Assembly: GCA_963796275.1 (NCBI GenBank)
Contig: CAWCKY010000004.1
Coordinates: 800,001-864,000, forward strand
From: an uncultured Acidobacteriota bacterium
Lineage (GTDB): Bacteria; Acidobacteriota; Blastocatellia; RBC074
Direction: 5' to 3'
Length of the DNA: 64,000 nt
Of the stretch, positions 61,775 to 64,000 are shown piece by piece. Both the position numbers and the translations under genes were made by a program. Under the pieces are notes generated by a model. That model worked only from the letters and a program-made list of their open reading frames with translations, was not told where the DNA came from and did no database searches. Each line of letters opens with the position of its first letter. Position 1 is the stretch's first letter.

Positions 61775-62572
61775 TTACTTGAGACCCTCGAACCACTCAG
61801 CCACCCACTGCCAAAACGTCGGGGTTTCCCAAGTTGCCGAACCGAAGAGGCAACAATTGCACTCTGTTCGCCCTCCGGTCCCCGCCACAGGCAGCCCCAG
61901 GCTCTGGCCACCCGCCACGTACCACATCTGCTGGGGTTGTGCACCCACGATGTTGTAAAAGTATTTGCCGTGCTCACCCGTGATCGCCTCCGCCAGGTTA
62001 GTGACCGATACTTCATAATCGCTCCCACTCTGGAAGGTGAAATCCTCAGTCCCGTTGAAGAAACGCAACACGGCGTAGCCGTCTTCCGGAATCTCAACGT
62101 TGAGGCAAGCCTTGACTGCTATATCCGTCGGAGCGTGATCGCACACCTGGCCGGTATTTACATCGGCAAAGCGCACATTGGTGAATGGGTTAGTGGAATA
62201 AAGCTCTCCGTTCTTGAAGTAGATTCTGGCGCGGCATAACATCGGATCAACCTGCAACTCCTCATTCGGATGCAGATCCTTCTCGATATCTACCATCCTG
62301 TCGAATGGGCGGCGAGGATCGCTGGCCGACTGCGGCACATAGCGGCTGAGCGGCTTGCCTTCGGGAAATACCTCCAGACAGATGTCGCCGCTTACTTCGG
62401 CAAAAGTGTGATATTCACGCACGACGACGCCATCTTGTTTGATTATGATGTGCGGTTGGTGGACGTGTTCGGGAGCTTCACCGTCCGTTGATATCATGCC
62501 TACCATCAACCGCGAAGAATATCTGCTGAAAAATGCACAAAGATCTTCAAAACTGAATCGAATCGAATTCAT
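61775..62572 (-). CDS. Hypothetical beta-rich cytoplasmic protein (265 aa)
   Basis: AGGAG RBS, coherent ORF, H.P motif, late H..YFY, Cys cluster ECNCC, Trp-rich amphipathic tail. Confidence 0.75.
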   Translation of the reverse strand: MNSIRFSFEDLCAFFSRYSSRLMVGMISTDGEAPEHVHQPHIIIKQDGVVVREYHTFAEVSGDICLEVFPEGKPLSRYVPQSASDPRRPFDRMVDIEKDLHPNEELQVDPMLCRARIYFKNGELYSTNPFTNVRFADVNTGQVCDHAPTDIAVKACLNVEIPEDGYAVLRFFNGTEDFTFQSGSDYEVSVTNLAEAITGEHGKYFYNIVGAQPQQMWYVAGGQSLGLPVAGTGGRTECNCCLFGSATWETPTFWQWVAEWFEGLK

Positions 62573-63061
62573 GGTTTTCTCCTACAAATTAATTTTGGGC
62601 CAGGTTTAAGTGGCGGCCAGGTTTTGCAACTAGTGCCTCGCGGTCGGTAATCCACCACGGTTCGCACGACAGGAAAAATCCTGAGAAGGGGAAGTACCGA
62701 AGTTATTCCAACCTCGCTATTTCTCAATATTTATCAGTGTTCTCCGTGCTTCTTCCAACCCAAGGCTAGGATCAGAGCTGATCGAGTTGAGGCTTCACGA
62801 CCAGTATTAGGCGAGCAGACGATCTCTGCTCCTAATCTTCATACTGCCCATTTATACCGTCTAGGATGAAAAATCGGATTTTGCGAATTCGGCGGGCATG
62901 CTTTGAGCAAGACCTGATAGGTCTGTGAGTAAAGCATTCAAAACACAGGGTTAAATGAACAAATGGCTATAATGAAGTATCCGTTCTCGGTTCACTCTCC
63001 CAAGGTTATTATGCTCTGATTTAATACCAATCTGATTCTGTAAAAAAAATAATATTTCCCA

Positions 63062-63095
63062 AATAGGCAAATTTTTCTCTCTTTTGCGTCCTTAT
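63062..63095 (+). promoter_or_regulatory. Conserved upstream block, copy B
   Basis: 32/34 identical to 55123-55156; about 90 bp before ATG 63184. Confidence 0.6.
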
Positions 63096-63183
63096 GTCTA
63101 TACAGGGATTTTTTTGGGACCGACTCAATTTTTCAAGACGAGAAACTGAGGGTATTGAGGCATTACCAATACGGGAAGAACGC

Positions 63184-64000
63184 ATGAGAGACGATGTCAA
63201 TGGAAAAAACGGAAATAAGGAGAAGGAGAGGGAAACACATCCTGACAGAAACTCCATGGTTGGTTATGTAAGTGGATCCTGTCCCACCAATTTAAGAACT
63301 GTCATTGAGGAACATTGCTTAGACTGTTTGGAATGCCGGACTCAATTGTCCATTCTTTTGCATCTGATCATTTCTGCGCCGGATGCGGAAGAGCATCGAA
63401 AGTTTACCGATCTATTGGCGCTCGGAGAAGAAGCTGCTGCCCGCGCTCGATCGATCATCATCAATGAGCAGAAGCATCCGCCCAGTCTTTCAGGGGGAAA
63501 GTCGTTCCGGCTCCGCCAACCCGCTCTAGCACCGGCGTTGGTCATCATTGTTCTGCTTTGCGGCAGCCTGTTCGGATATTTCATTTTCTCCCGCCAATCT
63601 TCAGAAGAACGCATGCTCACCCGCGTGCGTGATGTTTATCAGAACACTCGTTTGCTTCAAGCGCGTGTGACGGGTGGCTTTTCACATCAAAACTATATAG
63701 TGACCCGCGGCTCCGGCAATATCGCCGGAGTTGATGAAACCCAGCGTATAGCGCTTTTGGCAGAAATAAATCAGGAGGTTCACACCCGACCAAAGGCCGC
63801 TACCCGTCACATTCTTGGCAAACTATTAATGTTGCAGGGAGATTTGGAACCTGCCGAGCAACAATTTCATCTCGCATTGAAGGAAGCCCCGCGCCACGCT
63901 CAACTCAATGCCGATCTGGGCGCGCTCTACTATGAGCGCAGCTTGAAGAAAGAACACGAAGATCGTGAACTACTGGAAAAAGCCGCCGAGTATAGCTCGA
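63184..64000 (+). CDS. zf-HC2 anti-sigma zinc finger + TM + TPR protein (3' end outside the window; absent from the ORF track; possibly CHAT-containing)
   Basis: Manual translation: MRDDVNG...HPD...EEHCLDCLECR (HxxxCxxC), TM ALVIIVLLCGSLFGYFIF, ARVTGG..TRG, TPR (HILGKLL, NADLGALYYER); open to the window end. Confidence 0.8.
   Translation, partial: MRDDVNGKNGNKEKERETHPDRNSMVGYVSGSCPTNLRTVIEEHCLDCLECRTQLSILLHLIISAPDAEEHRKFTDLLALGEEAAARARSIIINEQKHPPSLSGGKSFRLRQPALAPALVIIVLLCGSLFGYFIFSRQSSEERMLTRVRDVYQNTRLLQARVTGGFSHQNYIVTRGSGNIAGVDETQRIALLAEINQEVHTRPKAATRHILGKLLMLQGDLEPAEQQFHLALKEAPRHAQLNADLGALYYERSLKKEHEDRELLEKAAEYSS

Overview
Bacterial genomic DNA, most likely Acidobacteriota (Blastocatellia-like), judged from the ADOP-type permeases, an acidobacterial VWA protein, the wHTH-TM sensor, and the zf-HC2/TPR and ECF genes. 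Left to right: (1) the 3' half of an aerobic CO dehydrogenase (probably form I) cluster with its maturation genes; (2) an accessory zone with a GH11 xylanase, a WYL regulator/DinB pair, ABC transporters, a serine hydrolase, ADOP remnants and a Cys-rich secreted peptide; (3) a Planctomycete-type DUF1501/DUF1553/cytochrome c-WD40/PPC operon; (4) a galU-like / plant-type glucuronokinase / multi-homeodomain-like operon, with a myo-inositol oxygenase about 16 kb away; (5) a 77-bp REP tandem array, eno and housekeeping genes; (6) an exonuclease/DNA ligase pair; (7) a signalling island (wHTH-TM sensor, ECF sigma, M91 metalloprotease, ADOP, unknown protein, zf-HC2-TM-TPR protein) in which two genes share a near-identical upstream block. 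I recognised no rRNA, tRNA, CRISPR array or transposase. Several 1-bp frameshifts suggest read or assembly indel errors. The best candidates for new biology are a plant-like MIOX-glucuronokinase-uridylyltransferase route to UDP-glucuronate and the ECF/zf-HC2-TPR/M91 island. All family assignments come from motif recognition, not database searches.
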